A stretch of 64,000 nt of DNA from Solirubrobacterales bacterium (GCA_036564135.1 DATCLC010000069.1:1529-65528), one strand, 5' to 3'. Positions 1-10,497 are shown, counted from the first letter of the stretch. The notes: a model not told the origin generated them from the letters alone. Program-made: numbers and translations.

Positions 1-170
1 CCGGGGCCCTCGACATCGCGGAGAACCGCGGCGCTCGAACTTTGGACACGCGGACAATCGCCCCTTATCCGGCCGGACATAGGCTTGCCGCACCCTTCAG
101 GTAGCGATCGACACAGCAGCGGCGCGCCCCCGTCGAGGGGCGCCCGCGCGCGAGGAGGCCATAACCGAAC

Positions 171-2315
<2,145 letters not shown>

Positions 2316-2366
2316 CGGGGGTCAGCCGCGCGCGGGCCCGCGCGGCGGGGGTCTCAAGGACGGGAG

Positions 2367-2406
2367 GCGCGCCGACCCGGCAGGGGGGTCGGCGCGCTTT
2401 CCTTTT
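2367..2406 (+). terminator. rho-independent terminator downstream of glnN
   Basis: 12-bp stem GCGCGCCGACCC (2367-2378) / GGGTCGGCGCGC (2386-2397) followed by TTTCCTTTT. Confidence 0.65.
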
Positions 2407-2487
2407 GCGCGGGCAGGCGACCGGGCTGGGCGAGCATCGCGGCCTACGCGCCCGGTGGGTGCGGATCGCGCCCGGAGGGAGGGGCAG

Positions 2488-2817
2488 CTACCGCTTGTCG
2501 AGCTCGCGGACGATCACCGTGCGGCCGTCCTCGAGGCGGTAGACGCGGCCGATCTCGGTGCCGCGACCCACGACCCGCTCGCCCGGGTCGAGCTCGAGCT
2601 CACGCACCTGCTCCCCCGGGTCGGCCGTGACCTGCTCGGTGCGCTCGCGCTGCTCGGGGTCGTTCTGCTTGAGGATGTCCGTCATGTTCACCGAGGCGAG
2701 CGCGGCGAGCAGGAAGGCGACCGCGAGGACGATCCCGAGGTCGAACAGGTTAACGAGGCCGTCGAGCGGGTCGCCGGCCCGGTCCTCGTTGCGCCGCGCA
2801 CGCGCCGAGACCTTCAC
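2488..2817 (-). CDS. DUF2149-type small membrane protein, ExbD/TolR-like
   Basis: 109 aa. Basic N-terminus, then one TM with an embedded Asp (GLVNLFDLGIVLAVAFLLAAL), as in ExbD/TolR. GTG start overlaps the stop of the MotA/ExbB-like gene (GTGA 2814-2817). Confidence 0.7.
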   Translation of the reverse strand: MKVSARARRNEDRAGDPLDGLVNLFDLGIVLAVAFLLAALASVNMTDILKQNDPEQRERTEQVTADPGEQVRELELDPGERVVGRGTEIGRVYRLEDGRTVIVRELDKR

Positions 2818-3500
2818 GAGCCCCTCCCGGCGACAACCTGGGCAGTGCCGCGCGTGCCGGCGCCGTTCGCGCTCGCGGCAGGAGCCGACGGCGACGTCAG
2901 GCGGGCGGCCGCGTACTCGAGGTCCGAGTAGTCCTGCCCGTAGAGGCGGTCGCGCACGAGCGAGATCCCGAAGGCGATCGCGCCGACGAGCAGCCCGGCA
3001 ACGGTCACGCTGAACGCGACCCGCAGGTTCTCGGTGAGCTGCTGGACGTCTCCCTGGGCGAGGCCCGCCAGCGCAGGCGAGAGCGGGATCAGCGTACCCA
3101 TCAGGCCGAGCGCCGGCCCCATGCGCACCAGGATGCGGGTGCGCTCCAGCCGCCGCAGCGATCCGTACTCGAACTCGGCGAGCCGCTTCGCGATGCGCGC
3201 CTCGGCGTCGGGGCGGCGGACGTCGTCGAGGATCCCCATCGCCGTGGCCCGCGCCGGGGCGCTGTGGGCGATCGAGAGCAGCGCAGCCCGAGCCGCCGTC
3301 TCGTCGCCGCGGGCGAGCGCGTCGCGCGCCGCATCGACGGCCGCCTCGAGCCGGTGCAGGCTGCGCGGCGAGCGGCGGACCAGTTCGGTCACGAACGCAC
3401 CGGCCTCGACCAGCACGAGCGCGAGCGCGAGCAGCGCCGCGGCCAGCACCGGGATGCGGAGCGCCTCCGCGACGTCAAACAGGAGTTCCTCTACGACCAT
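2814..3500 (-). CDS. MotA/TolQ/ExbB family proton-channel protein
   Basis: 228 aa with multiple TM segments and the family C-terminal signature (MGPALGLMGTLIPL ... AFSVTVAGLLVGAIAFGISLV). ATG 3500 overlaps the preceding gene by 10 nt. Confidence 0.85.
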   Translation of the reverse strand: MVVEELLFDVAEALRIPVLAAALLALALVLVEAGAFVTELVRRSPRSLHRLEAAVDAARDALARGDETAARAALLSIAHSAPARATAMGILDDVRRPDAEARIAKRLAEFEYGSLRRLERTRILVRMGPALGLMGTLIPLSPALAGLAQGDVQQLTENLRVAFSVTVAGLLVGAIAFGISLVRDRLYGQDYSDLEYAAARLTSPSAPAASANGAGTRGTAQVVAGRGS

Positions 3501-4633
3501 GGGTTGATTCGTCCTTTCGGTTGCGGAAGCTTGCCGAGCTCGCGCAGGGTTCCCACGCCGAGCAGCGCGCCCGTCACCAGCGCGCCCCAGACGGCGCCGG
3601 GCACGGAGAAGCCGTTCTCCTCCTCGTTGAGCTGGCCGGTACGCGCCGAGATCGAGGGGCTCTCGGCGACGGCCCTCTTCGCGTTCTCGGGCGCGTCGAG
3701 CAGCTCGCCTTCGACCGGCTCGGTGCCCGGGGCGGGCTCGGGTTCGGGCCTCTTGTTCGGGGCCTCGGGCGCGCCGCGGTCATCCCCCACGCTCGCCGGG
3801 CCCGCGCCCTGGCCGTTGTCGTAGGGCCCGGAGTCCGGGGCGCGCTTGTGGCGGTTACGCCCGCCGCCCTCGCGATTGGGATCCTTCTTCCCCTTCTTCG
3901 GAGGAGGGCCCACCCGGACCTCGACGACCGTACTTCCTCCGCCTGAGCCCCCTACGGCGGACCCCTTGTACACGGTAAGGGCCACGTGGTAGCTCCCGGG
4001 CTTCCTGTACCGGTGCGTGACCACCCGCCCGGTGGCACCCGAGCCGTCATCGAACTGCCACACGTACACGAGTTCCTCGCCCGCCGGGCCCGTGGCCGTC
4101 GCGCTGAAGGTCACCTTCTCCCCCGGCCTCACCCGGTCAGGGCTCGCGGCGGCCTCGACCTCGATCACGGCGCCGTAGCGAAGGAGCACGCGCAAGGGGC
4201 TCGCTGCGAACGAGTCGCCGGCGTTTCGGTCCGAGCCGTTGGCGACCGGCCGCAGGAAGCGCGTCTGATCGGCTTCCTTCCAGACGACCGGCACCCTGCC
4301 GCCGTAGCCGTCCTCGACCTGGTGGATGTCGAGCACGACCCGGGACCCGTCGGGACGCACCACCTCGACGCGCTGGTAGTTGCCGCCAAAACCCGTCTGG
4401 CGGATGACCCACTCGAGCGAGAACCCGGTGACGGTCTCGGTGCGCTCGCCGGATGCCGAGCGGATCGTGTACTCCTGGTTGACGACGTCCTCTTCGCCAC
4501 GCGGCAGATCGACCTCCACGCTCCCCCCGGTGGGCGGCTCCACGACCACATCCGCGGCGCTCGCCCCCGGCGCGAACGCGAGGGGCAGGGCGAATGCCGC
4601 GGCAGCAGCGAGTGTCCGTAGCGCGCGTTTCAT
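3491..4633 (-). CDS. secreted PKD-domain protein with Pro/Glu/Lys-rich linker and C-terminal TM anchor
   Basis: ORF-track entry 3491..5209 trimmed to ATG 4633 (ATGA overlap with the upstream stop). Signal peptide MKRALRTLAAAAAFALPLAFAPGASA. PKD-like segment VTFSATATGPAGEELVYVWQFDDGSGATGRVVTHRYRKPGSYHVALTV. Linker PPPKKGKKDP...KRPEPEPAPGTEP. C-terminal TM VPGAVWGALVTGALLGVGTL. Confidence 0.75.
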   Translation of the reverse strand: MKRALRTLAAAAAFALPLAFAPGASAADVVVEPPTGGSVEVDLPRGEEDVVNQEYTIRSASGERTETVTGFSLEWVIRQTGFGGNYQRVEVVRPDGSRVVLDIHQVEDGYGGRVPVVWKEADQTRFLRPVANGSDRNAGDSFAASPLRVLLRYGAVIEVEAAASPDRVRPGEKVTFSATATGPAGEELVYVWQFDDGSGATGRVVTHRYRKPGSYHVALTVYKGSAVGGSGGGSTVVEVRVGPPPKKGKKDPNREGGGRNRHKRAPDSGPYDNGQGAGPASVGDDRGAPEAPNKRPEPEPAPGTEPVEGELLDAPENAKRAVAESPSISARTGQLNEEENGFSVPGAVWGALVTGALLGVGTLRELGKLPQPKGRINPWS

Positions 4634-5832
4634 TCGCCCCCCTCCGGCACGGTGAAGCTCACGGTCATCCATCCGAAGCCAGCGCCGGGCGGGTAGTAGC
4701 GCGCGAGGGGCGAGGCCTCGGGGCCGTGGGCGTTGGTGAGCGGGATTCGCTCGTACGTGTAGGTGACGCCCTCGGGCCCGGCCTCCACGGTCGGCTCGAG
4801 ATCGCGCCGAGCGAAGTCCCCGGTCACCGCGAGCCGCGAGCGCTCCGGGTCCCTCCAATACTCGACGTAGTCGTGGATCAGCCGGCCGCCGCCGTCCGCG
4901 GTCACCTCGACGATCGGGTCGTAGGCCCCGACGTCGAGGTGGTGCGCGGTCATCTCGAAGCGCACCGACCCGCGCAGCCGCAGGGAAGCGGCACCCGTCA
5001 CCGGGTCGAACCAGCCCTCCGCGAACGCCGCCGGCCCGTAGATGACCGTGTAGGGCAGCGGGACGGAGGGCGGAGGATCGCTGCACGGCGTCGAGAGGTG
5101 CGGCGGCGGGTACGCCACCGGCTCCTCGAGCACGGCGCCGTCCGCCGCGCTCACGCCAGGCCCACCTGCCGAGTGCACGTAGCAGACGAACGACTCGCGG
5201 ATCCGCCAATGGAGCTGCGCCTCGCTCACGTCGACCGCGGTCTCGGGCCGCTCGAGCAACTCTGGCTCCGCCTCGGAGGGCGGGGCGAGCGGGAGCGTGC
5301 CGCGCACCCGCACGCGCCCGAGGCCCCTCGGCAGCCGCCGTACGCGCAGCCTGCGCTGCAGCTCGCGGCGAAGGTAGCCGTCCAGTCGCAGCTTCCCCGA
5401 CGTATCGACCTCGCCGGTGATCGGGTTGAACGGCGCCACCTCATCGACACCGCGCAGGCGGCCGAGCGTGTACTGGGTACCGCGCAGCCTGGCGGTCAGC
5501 AGGGCACGTCCGGCCTGGATCGTCGCCGCGAGCGACTGCAGGCGCACGCTGCGGCGGCGCCTGCCCTTGCGCGCGGTCAGCTTCAGCGCGCCCTTCAGGC
5601 GCACGCGTGCGATCGAGCTCACCTCGCCGCTGCGGATCGGCAGCGTGACTGCGCGGCCGCGGCGCCTCGCCGGCGCCACCGCACGCAGCTTCACGTTCTG
5701 CGCACCCAAGGCGCGCGCCGCGTGCTTGCCGAGGCGGAGCTTTGCCGTGTTCGGCGAGTCCGCGTGCGCGGCGGCACCTCCCAGCAGGAGGGCCGCCACG
5801 ACGGCCGCCAAGAGCCCAGCGAGCAGCCTCAC
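4630..5832 (-). CDS. HtaA-domain-like secreted protein (second copy)
   Basis: C-terminal half has an HtaA-like core (AQLHWRIRESFVCYVHSAGG). Start set to GTG 5832 (GTGA overlap with the ATPase stop), giving a signal-like RLLAGLLAAVVAALLLGGAAAHA. Alternative start at 5871. Confidence 0.65.
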   Translation of the reverse strand: MRLLAGLLAAVVAALLLGGAAAHADSPNTAKLRLGKHAARALGAQNVKLRAVAPARRRGRAVTLPIRSGEVSSIARVRLKGALKLTARKGRRRRSVRLQSLAATIQAGRALLTARLRGTQYTLGRLRGVDEVAPFNPITGEVDTSGKLRLDGYLRRELQRRLRVRRLPRGLGRVRVRGTLPLAPPSEAEPELLERPETAVDVSEAQLHWRIRESFVCYVHSAGGPGVSAADGAVLEEPVAYPPPHLSTPCSDPPPSVPLPYTVIYGPAAFAEGWFDPVTGAASLRLRGSVRFEMTAHHLDVGAYDPIVEVTADGGGRLIHDYVEYWRDPERSRLAVTGDFARRDLEPTVEAGPEGVTYTYERIPLTNAHGPEASPLARYYPPGAGFGWMTVSFTVPEGGE

Positions 5833-6656
5833 CGCAGCTCCCCCTCGAGCTCGCGGGCGGCCCCGAGCCAATCGACGCGCAGCGCCGTGTGCCCGGCCTC
5901 GTCCGCGTCGAGGCGCGCCTCGACCTTCCAGACCTCGCGCAGGCGATCGGGCGCGAGCACCTCCCGCGGCTCGCCCGAGGCGACCGTGCGGCCATCCGAC
6001 ATCACCACCACCTCGTCGGCGAGCGCCGCGGCGAGCGCGAGGTCGTGCACGACCAGCAGCACCGCCAGTCCCTCCTCGGCGAGGTTTCGCAGGAGCCGGG
6101 CGACCGAGACGGTCGCCCCGAGGTCGAGCTGCGACGTGGGCTCGTCGGCCAAGAGCAGGGGCGCTTCCTGCGCGAGCGCGATCGCGATCTGCACGCGCTG
6201 GAGCTCGCCGCCGGAGAGCGTGGTGAGCCGGCGATGCGCGAACCGCGCGGTTCCGGTCCGCTCGAGCGCCCGCTCGACGGCGTCACGGTCGCGGCGGGTG
6301 GCGCGCGCGAGCGGCCGCAGGTGCGGCGAGCGGCCGATCCTGACCGCCTCCGCGACCGTGATCCCCTCGGGCACGCGCGGGCGCTGCGGGACGAACGCCC
6401 GTAGTCGGGCGAGGCGCCTGCCCCGCGTGCGGCGGACGTCGTGGCCCATGCACCGCACCTCGCCGCGCGCCGGGCGCAGGATCCCGGCCGCGGCGCGCGC
6501 GAACGTCGACTTGCCCGCGCCGTTCGGGCCCACCAGCGCGACGAGCTGACCCCGGTCCACGCGCAGGCTCGCGCCGTGGAGGATCGGCGCGCCGCCGAGG
6601 CGGACGTACACGTCGCGCGCGTCGAGCGCGGGCTCGTGTCCGCTCGCCACCGTCAC
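5829..6656 (-). CDS. hmuV: heme/siderophore ABC transporter ATP-binding protein
   Basis: Walker A GPNGAGKST, signature LSGGELQRV, Walker B LLLADEPTSQLD. ORF-track entry 5829..7235 trimmed to GTG 6656 (GTGA overlap with the permease stop). Confidence 0.85.
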   Translation of the reverse strand: MTVASGHEPALDARDVYVRLGGAPILHGASLRVDRGQLVALVGPNGAGKSTFARAAAGILRPARGEVRCMGHDVRRTRGRRLARLRAFVPQRPRVPEGITVAEAVRIGRSPHLRPLARATRRDRDAVERALERTGTARFAHRRLTTLSGGELQRVQIAIALAQEAPLLLADEPTSQLDLGATVSVARLLRNLAEEGLAVLLVVHDLALAAALADEVVVMSDGRTVASGEPREVLAPDRLREVWKVEARLDADEAGHTALRVDWLGAARELEGELR

Positions 6657-7657
6657 GCCGTCCTCCGCAGAAGCCACAGAAACAGCGGGACGCCCAGCAC
6701 GACCATGAACGGCCCGACGGGCAGCACGGTCGGGGCCGCCACGTTGCGGGCCAGCACGTCGCCGGCCGTAAGCAGCGCGGCGCCCGCCAGCGCCGAGGCG
6801 GGGATCACGAAGCTGTGGCTCGAGGTGCCCCCGGCCATGCGGACCAGGTGCGGGACGACCAGGCCGAGGAAGCTGAGCAGCCCGACCAGGGCCGCCGCCG
6901 CGGAGGCGAGCACGGCAGCGCAGATCCCCGCGCCCAGGCGGATCAGCTGCGGACGGCTGCCCAGCGAGGCCGCGACGTCGTCGCCGAGCGCGAGACGATC
7001 GAGCGGCCTGATCAGGACCAGGGCGAGCGCGAGCCCGACGACGAAGTACGGCCAAAACGACTCGAGGTCGATCCAGGCGTTCGGCGTGAGCCCGCCCGCC
7101 ATGAAGAAGACGACCGACTGGACGCGGTCCGGGAACGCCGTCATCAGACCGGTGGTGGCCGCGCCGAACAGGGCGGCGACGGCGATGCCGGCGAGGATCA
7201 CCTGGGTCACCCCGCCGCGGTTGCGCCCGGTCCACGCGATCGCGAAGACCACGGCCGCCGCGACCAAGCCGAACACCAGCGCGCCGACCGGCAGGAGCGC
7301 CACCGAGCCCGGGAAGGCCAAAAGGATAAGCGTGGCGCCGAACCCGGCGCCCGCGGTCACGCCGATCACGTCCGGCGAGGCGAGCGGATTGGCCAGCGCC
7401 CCCTGGAGCACGGCGCCGGCCACGCCCAGGGCCGCGCCCACGGCGACCGCCTCGACCGTGGTCGGCAGCCGGATGTCCATCACGATCTTGCGCTCGGGGC
7501 CATCGGCGAGGTCGCCGAACAGCGCGTCGATCACGGTGGCCAGCGGAATATCGACGGCCCCGATCGCAAGCGAGGCGCCCACGGCCGCAAGCAGCGCGAC
7601 GAGCGCGGCCACGATGACCGCGCTCCGGCGCGCGACTGTGGTGACCGTGAGCGCCAC
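6653..7657 (-). CDS. hmuU: FecCD-family heme/siderophore ABC permease
   Basis: 334 aa, polytopic, with typical FecCD/BtuC-like sequence (GAGICAAVLASAAAALVGLLSFLGLVVPHLVRMAGG). GTG start at 7657. Confidence 0.85.
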   Translation of the reverse strand: MALTVTTVARRSAVIVAALVALLAAVGASLAIGAVDIPLATVIDALFGDLADGPERKIVMDIRLPTTVEAVAVGAALGVAGAVLQGALANPLASPDVIGVTAGAGFGATLILLAFPGSVALLPVGALVFGLVAAAVVFAIAWTGRNRGGVTQVILAGIAVAALFGAATTGLMTAFPDRVQSVVFFMAGGLTPNAWIDLESFWPYFVVGLALALVLIRPLDRLALGDDVAASLGSRPQLIRLGAGICAAVLASAAAALVGLLSFLGLVVPHLVRMAGGTSSHSFVIPASALAGAALLTAGDVLARNVAAPTVLPVGPFMVVLGVPLFLWLLRRTA

Positions 7658-7664
7658 CGTCGGC

Positions 7665-8540
7665 TCAGTTCTTCAGGAACTGCCTGCGGACCATCCGGAT
7701 CGTGGCGGCCACGTCGGTCCCGGCCTGCAGCAGCGTGTTGTGCGAGGTGACGTACACGCGACCGTTCACGCCGGCGTTCGTCTCGCCGATGTAGGGGTGG
7801 TTGCGCAGGTACTCCGCGATCTCCTCGCGTTGGTCGGCGCGCCCGTGAGGCACGGCGATGACCACGTCGGGGTTGATGGCGAGGATCTTCTCGTTGGAGA
7901 GCTGCGCGAACCCGCCGCTGATCATGAAGCCCTCTCCATCGGGCGTCAGCCCGCCGGTGAGCAGACGCGCGCCCGCGGCGGTCACCAGGTCCCCGCCCCA
8001 GCTGTTGCGCAGGAACGCGTACGGCGTCTGCCCGACGCCCAGGATCATGAGCACCTTCGGGCGCGAGCGGATCTTGCGGCGCGCCTTCTTGATCGCGCGC
8101 TGGGTCTTGCGGGCGAGCTTCTTCGCACGCTTCGCCTTGCCCACGACCTTGCCGATCGCCCGGATCTTCTTCGGGACCTGGCGGACCCGAGCCGGATCCT
8201 TCTCGACGACCTTGATGCCGAGCCCGCGGATCGCCGAGTGGCCGGCGCGCCAGGTCCGCTCCGAGAAGACGAGGTCCGGATCGAGCTTTGCCAGCTGCTC
8301 GAGGTTCGGTCCGTTCGAGGCGTGCGAGAGCGGCAGCCGGATCGCGCCGCGCAGCTTGCGGTGGTACTTCACGGCGCCCGGGGTGAGGCCGACGGCGACC
8401 GGCTTGACGCCGAGCTTCACCAGCGTGTTCGCGGCGAACGGCGTGAGCGCCACGATCCGCTTCGGCTTCGCGGCCTCGGCCGGCGCGGCGAGCGCAGCGC
8501 TGGCGGCGAGAACTGCGAGGCAGGCGAGCGCGCGCCTCAT
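7665..8540 (-). CDS. hmuT: heme/siderophore periplasmic-binding-protein-type substrate-binding protein
   Basis: 291 aa. Signal peptide MRRALACLAVLAASAALAAPAEA. Family-typical RIVALTPFAANTLVKLG and LDPDLVFS motifs. ATGA overlap with the upstream gene. Confidence 0.8.
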   Translation of the reverse strand: MRRALACLAVLAASAALAAPAEAAKPKRIVALTPFAANTLVKLGVKPVAVGLTPGAVKYHRKLRGAIRLPLSHASNGPNLEQLAKLDPDLVFSERTWRAGHSAIRGLGIKVVEKDPARVRQVPKKIRAIGKVVGKAKRAKKLARKTQRAIKKARRKIRSRPKVLMILGVGQTPYAFLRNSWGGDLVTAAGARLLTGGLTPDGEGFMISGGFAQLSNEKILAINPDVVIAVPHGRADQREEIAEYLRNHPYIGETNAGVNGRVYVTSHNTLLQAGTDVAATIRMVRRQFLKN

Positions 8541-9367
8541 CGGGTCACCTCCCCCCGGGCGCGGCGGGCGAGCTCGACCGTCGCCTCGCGCAGCCCGGCC
8601 GCGTCGTTCACGGGCTGGGCGAACGCGACGCGGGCCGGCGCCTTGCCGCGCGGCGTCTCGATCGCCAGCTCGAGGCCGTAGCGGTCGATGCCCGTGCAGC
8701 GGGCGTGCGTCGCGTCCGGGTAGCCGGCCAGCGCCCGCGCGATGTTGAGCAGGGCGTCAGCGTGGTCGTCGTTCAGGTGCGCGGCCGCCGCCTGTGCCGC
8801 CGGCCGCGTGGGATCGGGCTGCGCTGCCGCGTACTCGGCGGCGCCGGCCGAGTCCATGCGGCCGTAGCCGCCGACCCAGCGCACGCGCTCGACGCGCAGG
8901 ACCCAAAGCGAGAAATCGCCGAAGCTCTCGTACGCGGCGGCGCTGGGCACGGCCTTCAGGTGAGCGTCGCGGGCGTGCTCGGCGAATTCACCCGTGGGGC
9001 GCTCCATGCTGCCGACGAGCGTGACGCGGCCGTGCGCGAGCGGCTCCTGGTCAGTCCACGCCTCAGCGACCACCAGGCTCGCCCGCGGGTCGCGCGCGAC
9101 GTTGCGGCCGTGCTCAGCCAGCGTCGAGAGCATGAACACGGGCGATCCGTCCGGCAGGCAGCCGTAGGTGGCCAACGACGCCCACGGGTTGCCGTCCGCG
9201 CTCAGGGTCGCGAGCGCGCCCGCCGAGTGCGCGGCGACCATCGTGCGCGCGTGCTCGGCAACGGTCGGCCCGGTCGCCGGCGCCGGCGGCGTCAACGGGG
9301 GCGGCGGCTCCGGGAGGTCGAGGCCCTCCGGGATGGCGTGCGGGTTGTAGGCCTGGATCGTCGTCAT
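8537..9367 (-). CDS. HugZ-like heme-utilisation protein (PNPOx-like split barrel plus DUF2470-like C-terminus)
   Basis: ORF-track entry 8537..9811 trimmed to ATG 9367 (ATGA overlap with the htaA stop). Contains GALATLSADGNPWASLATYG...ASLVVAE and a C-terminal HLNDDHADALLNIARAL. Confidence 0.7.
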   Translation of the reverse strand: MTTIQAYNPHAIPEGLDLPEPPPPLTPPAPATGPTVAEHARTMVAAHSAGALATLSADGNPWASLATYGCLPDGSPVFMLSTLAEHGRNVARDPRASLVVAEAWTDQEPLAHGRVTLVGSMERPTGEFAEHARDAHLKAVPSAAAYESFGDFSLWVLRVERVRWVGGYGRMDSAGAAEYAAAQPDPTRPAAQAAAAHLNDDHADALLNIARALAGYPDATHARCTGIDRYGLELAIETPRGKAPARVAFAQPVNDAAGLREATVELARRARGEVTR

Positions 9368-10287
9368 CGCGCCCTCGCGCCAACCAGCGTCGTCTTCACC
9401 GTCGTGTCGACCTCGGCGCCCGGGCCCGCGCCGACCCAGAGGTCGAACTTCACGGTTCCCTTCCTGCCGGCGAGCTTCTTGGCGACGCGCTTCGTGACCT
9501 GGACGACGATCTGCGCGCGCTTGCCGTCGCCGACCCGGTCGGGGGCCTTCACCTTGGCCTTGAACTGCCGCTTGCCGACCCGGATCTTCGTCCGCTTTGG
9601 AGCGGCGACCTCGCAGGGGCCGGTCTTGCAGCGCACCTTCGCGACCGCGGCCTTCGCACGCTTGCCGAGGCGCGCCTGCCCGACGACCTTGAGGCCGGGC
9701 GTCTCGCCGAACCCGGCCACTACCGAGACCGGGTCCATCGTCGTTTCGGCCGGGTAGCGGCCGAACACCGGCACGCCGTTCTCGGCGAGCGTCGCGGGAA
9801 TCGAGCTCCACTCGATCGTGGTCGGGCCGAACTCCGGATCGACCGCCTCGACATCCAGGTTCACGAGGTCCCGGTTGTCGTCGATCGGGTCGCCCCCGCC
9901 CATCGGCACGCTCTGCGCGTCCGCGTAGAGCTTGGCGCCCGTCGGCGCGAGCACCACGCGCGGGTTCGCGACGGTGATGTTGAGCGCTCCGCCATGGGCG
10001 AAGAAGTTGACCGAGCCGGTCGCCTGGACCTCGCCGAGCCCCGTCTCGGTGTCGAGGGTGCCGCTCGCGATCGGGAAGCGGTACGTGCCGTCCTCGTTCT
10101 CAGTCGCGCCGCCCGAGAGCGTGATCTCCCCCGCGCCGCCGATGTAGGTGCGGAAGCTCTCCTTCACGCCCCAGACGGCCCAACCGCCCTTCACCTCGAC
10201 GGTCTCGGCGCTCGCTGTCACGGCGAACGCGCCCCCCAGCGCCACGCTCGCCGCCGCGAGCATCGTCGTCCTCAGAAATGCTTTCAA
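9364..10287 (-). CDS. htaA: HtaA-domain heme-binding protein
   Basis: Signal peptide plus the canonical HtaA core GGWAVWGVKESFRTYIGG...GTYRFPIASG. TTG start 10287 preceded by AAGGAGGGA. Confidence 0.8.
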   Translation of the reverse strand: MKAFLRTTMLAAASVALGGAFAVTASAETVEVKGGWAVWGVKESFRTYIGGAGEITLSGGATENEDGTYRFPIASGTLDTETGLGEVQATGSVNFFAHGGALNITVANPRVVLAPTGAKLYADAQSVPMGGGDPIDDNRDLVNLDVEAVDPEFGPTTIEWSSIPATLAENGVPVFGRYPAETTMDPVSVVAGFGETPGLKVVGQARLGKRAKAAVAKVRCKTGPCEVAAPKRTKIRVGKRQFKAKVKAPDRVGDGKRAQIVVQVTKRVAKKLAGRKGTVKFDLWVGAGPGAEVDTTVKTTLVGARAR

Positions 10288-10351
10288 AAGCTTTGTCCCT
10301 CCTTAGCCGCCCCCGGACCAGGCCCGTGGGCTACCGAGTCGCGTAGCGGAA

Positions 10352-10379
10352 TTAGGGCGCCCTAATTAGGGCACCCTAA
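10352..10379. promoter_or_regulatory. tandem 14-bp palindromes, candidate metalloregulator operator of the heme operon
   Basis: TTAGGGCGCCCTAA (perfect palindrome, 10352-10365) is immediately followed by TTAGGGCACCCTAA (10366-10379), 65-92 nt upstream of the htaA start. The TTAGG/CCTAA arms resemble the outer arms of DtxR/IdeR iron boxes. Confidence 0.5.
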
Positions 10380-10459
10380 TCACGATACATTAATTCCGAC
10401 CTCGGCGCGGTGAATTAAAGTAGCAACGAGATTCATGGCTTGTTCAAGCGGTTCTCAGG

Positions 10460-10497
10460 CCAGAAAATTGTTTGCAGCGCGAAAGCTTCCGCAAACA
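10460..10497 (-). terminator. hairpin plus U-tract on the minus strand
   Basis: On the minus strand, TGTTTGC-N15-GCAAACA (10469-10497) is followed by ATTTTCT. It lies 170 nt downstream of the kinase stop and downstream of the degenerate 17-nt element copy e. Confidence 0.4.

Noticed and set aside
1-170. A possible GlnR-type operator or structured leader upstream of glnN (GGACACGCGGACAAT and a GCGCCCC..GGGGCGC hairpin).
   Set aside because: The resemblance to GlnR half-sites is loose, and the upstream region is truncated by the window start. I cannot support a call.
3491-5209. N-terminal extensions of ORF-track entries (3491..5209, 5829..7235, 8537..9811, 31124..32728, 35459..36349, 38221..40782, 47376..48146, 56372..58213, 60241..61845, among others).
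   Set aside because: The extensions are Arg/Pro-rich and overlap the upstream gene or a tRNA. In each case an internal ATG/GTG forms a 4-nt ATGA/GTGA overlap with the upstream stop, or it yields a canonical N-terminus (signal peptide, MCGRY, Walker-A spacing).
4594-8681. Very long plus-strand ORFs antisense to the heme operon (4594..6549, 651 aa; 6441..8681, 746 aa). Similar giants occur elsewhere: 16417..18261, 39634..42111, 43907..45508, 28395..29789.
   Set aside because: These are Arg/Ala/Pro/Gly-rich with no recognisable motifs. They lie exactly antisense to, or out of frame with, genes that have clear family signatures. This is the typical stop-codon-poor shadow-frame artefact of high-GC DNA.
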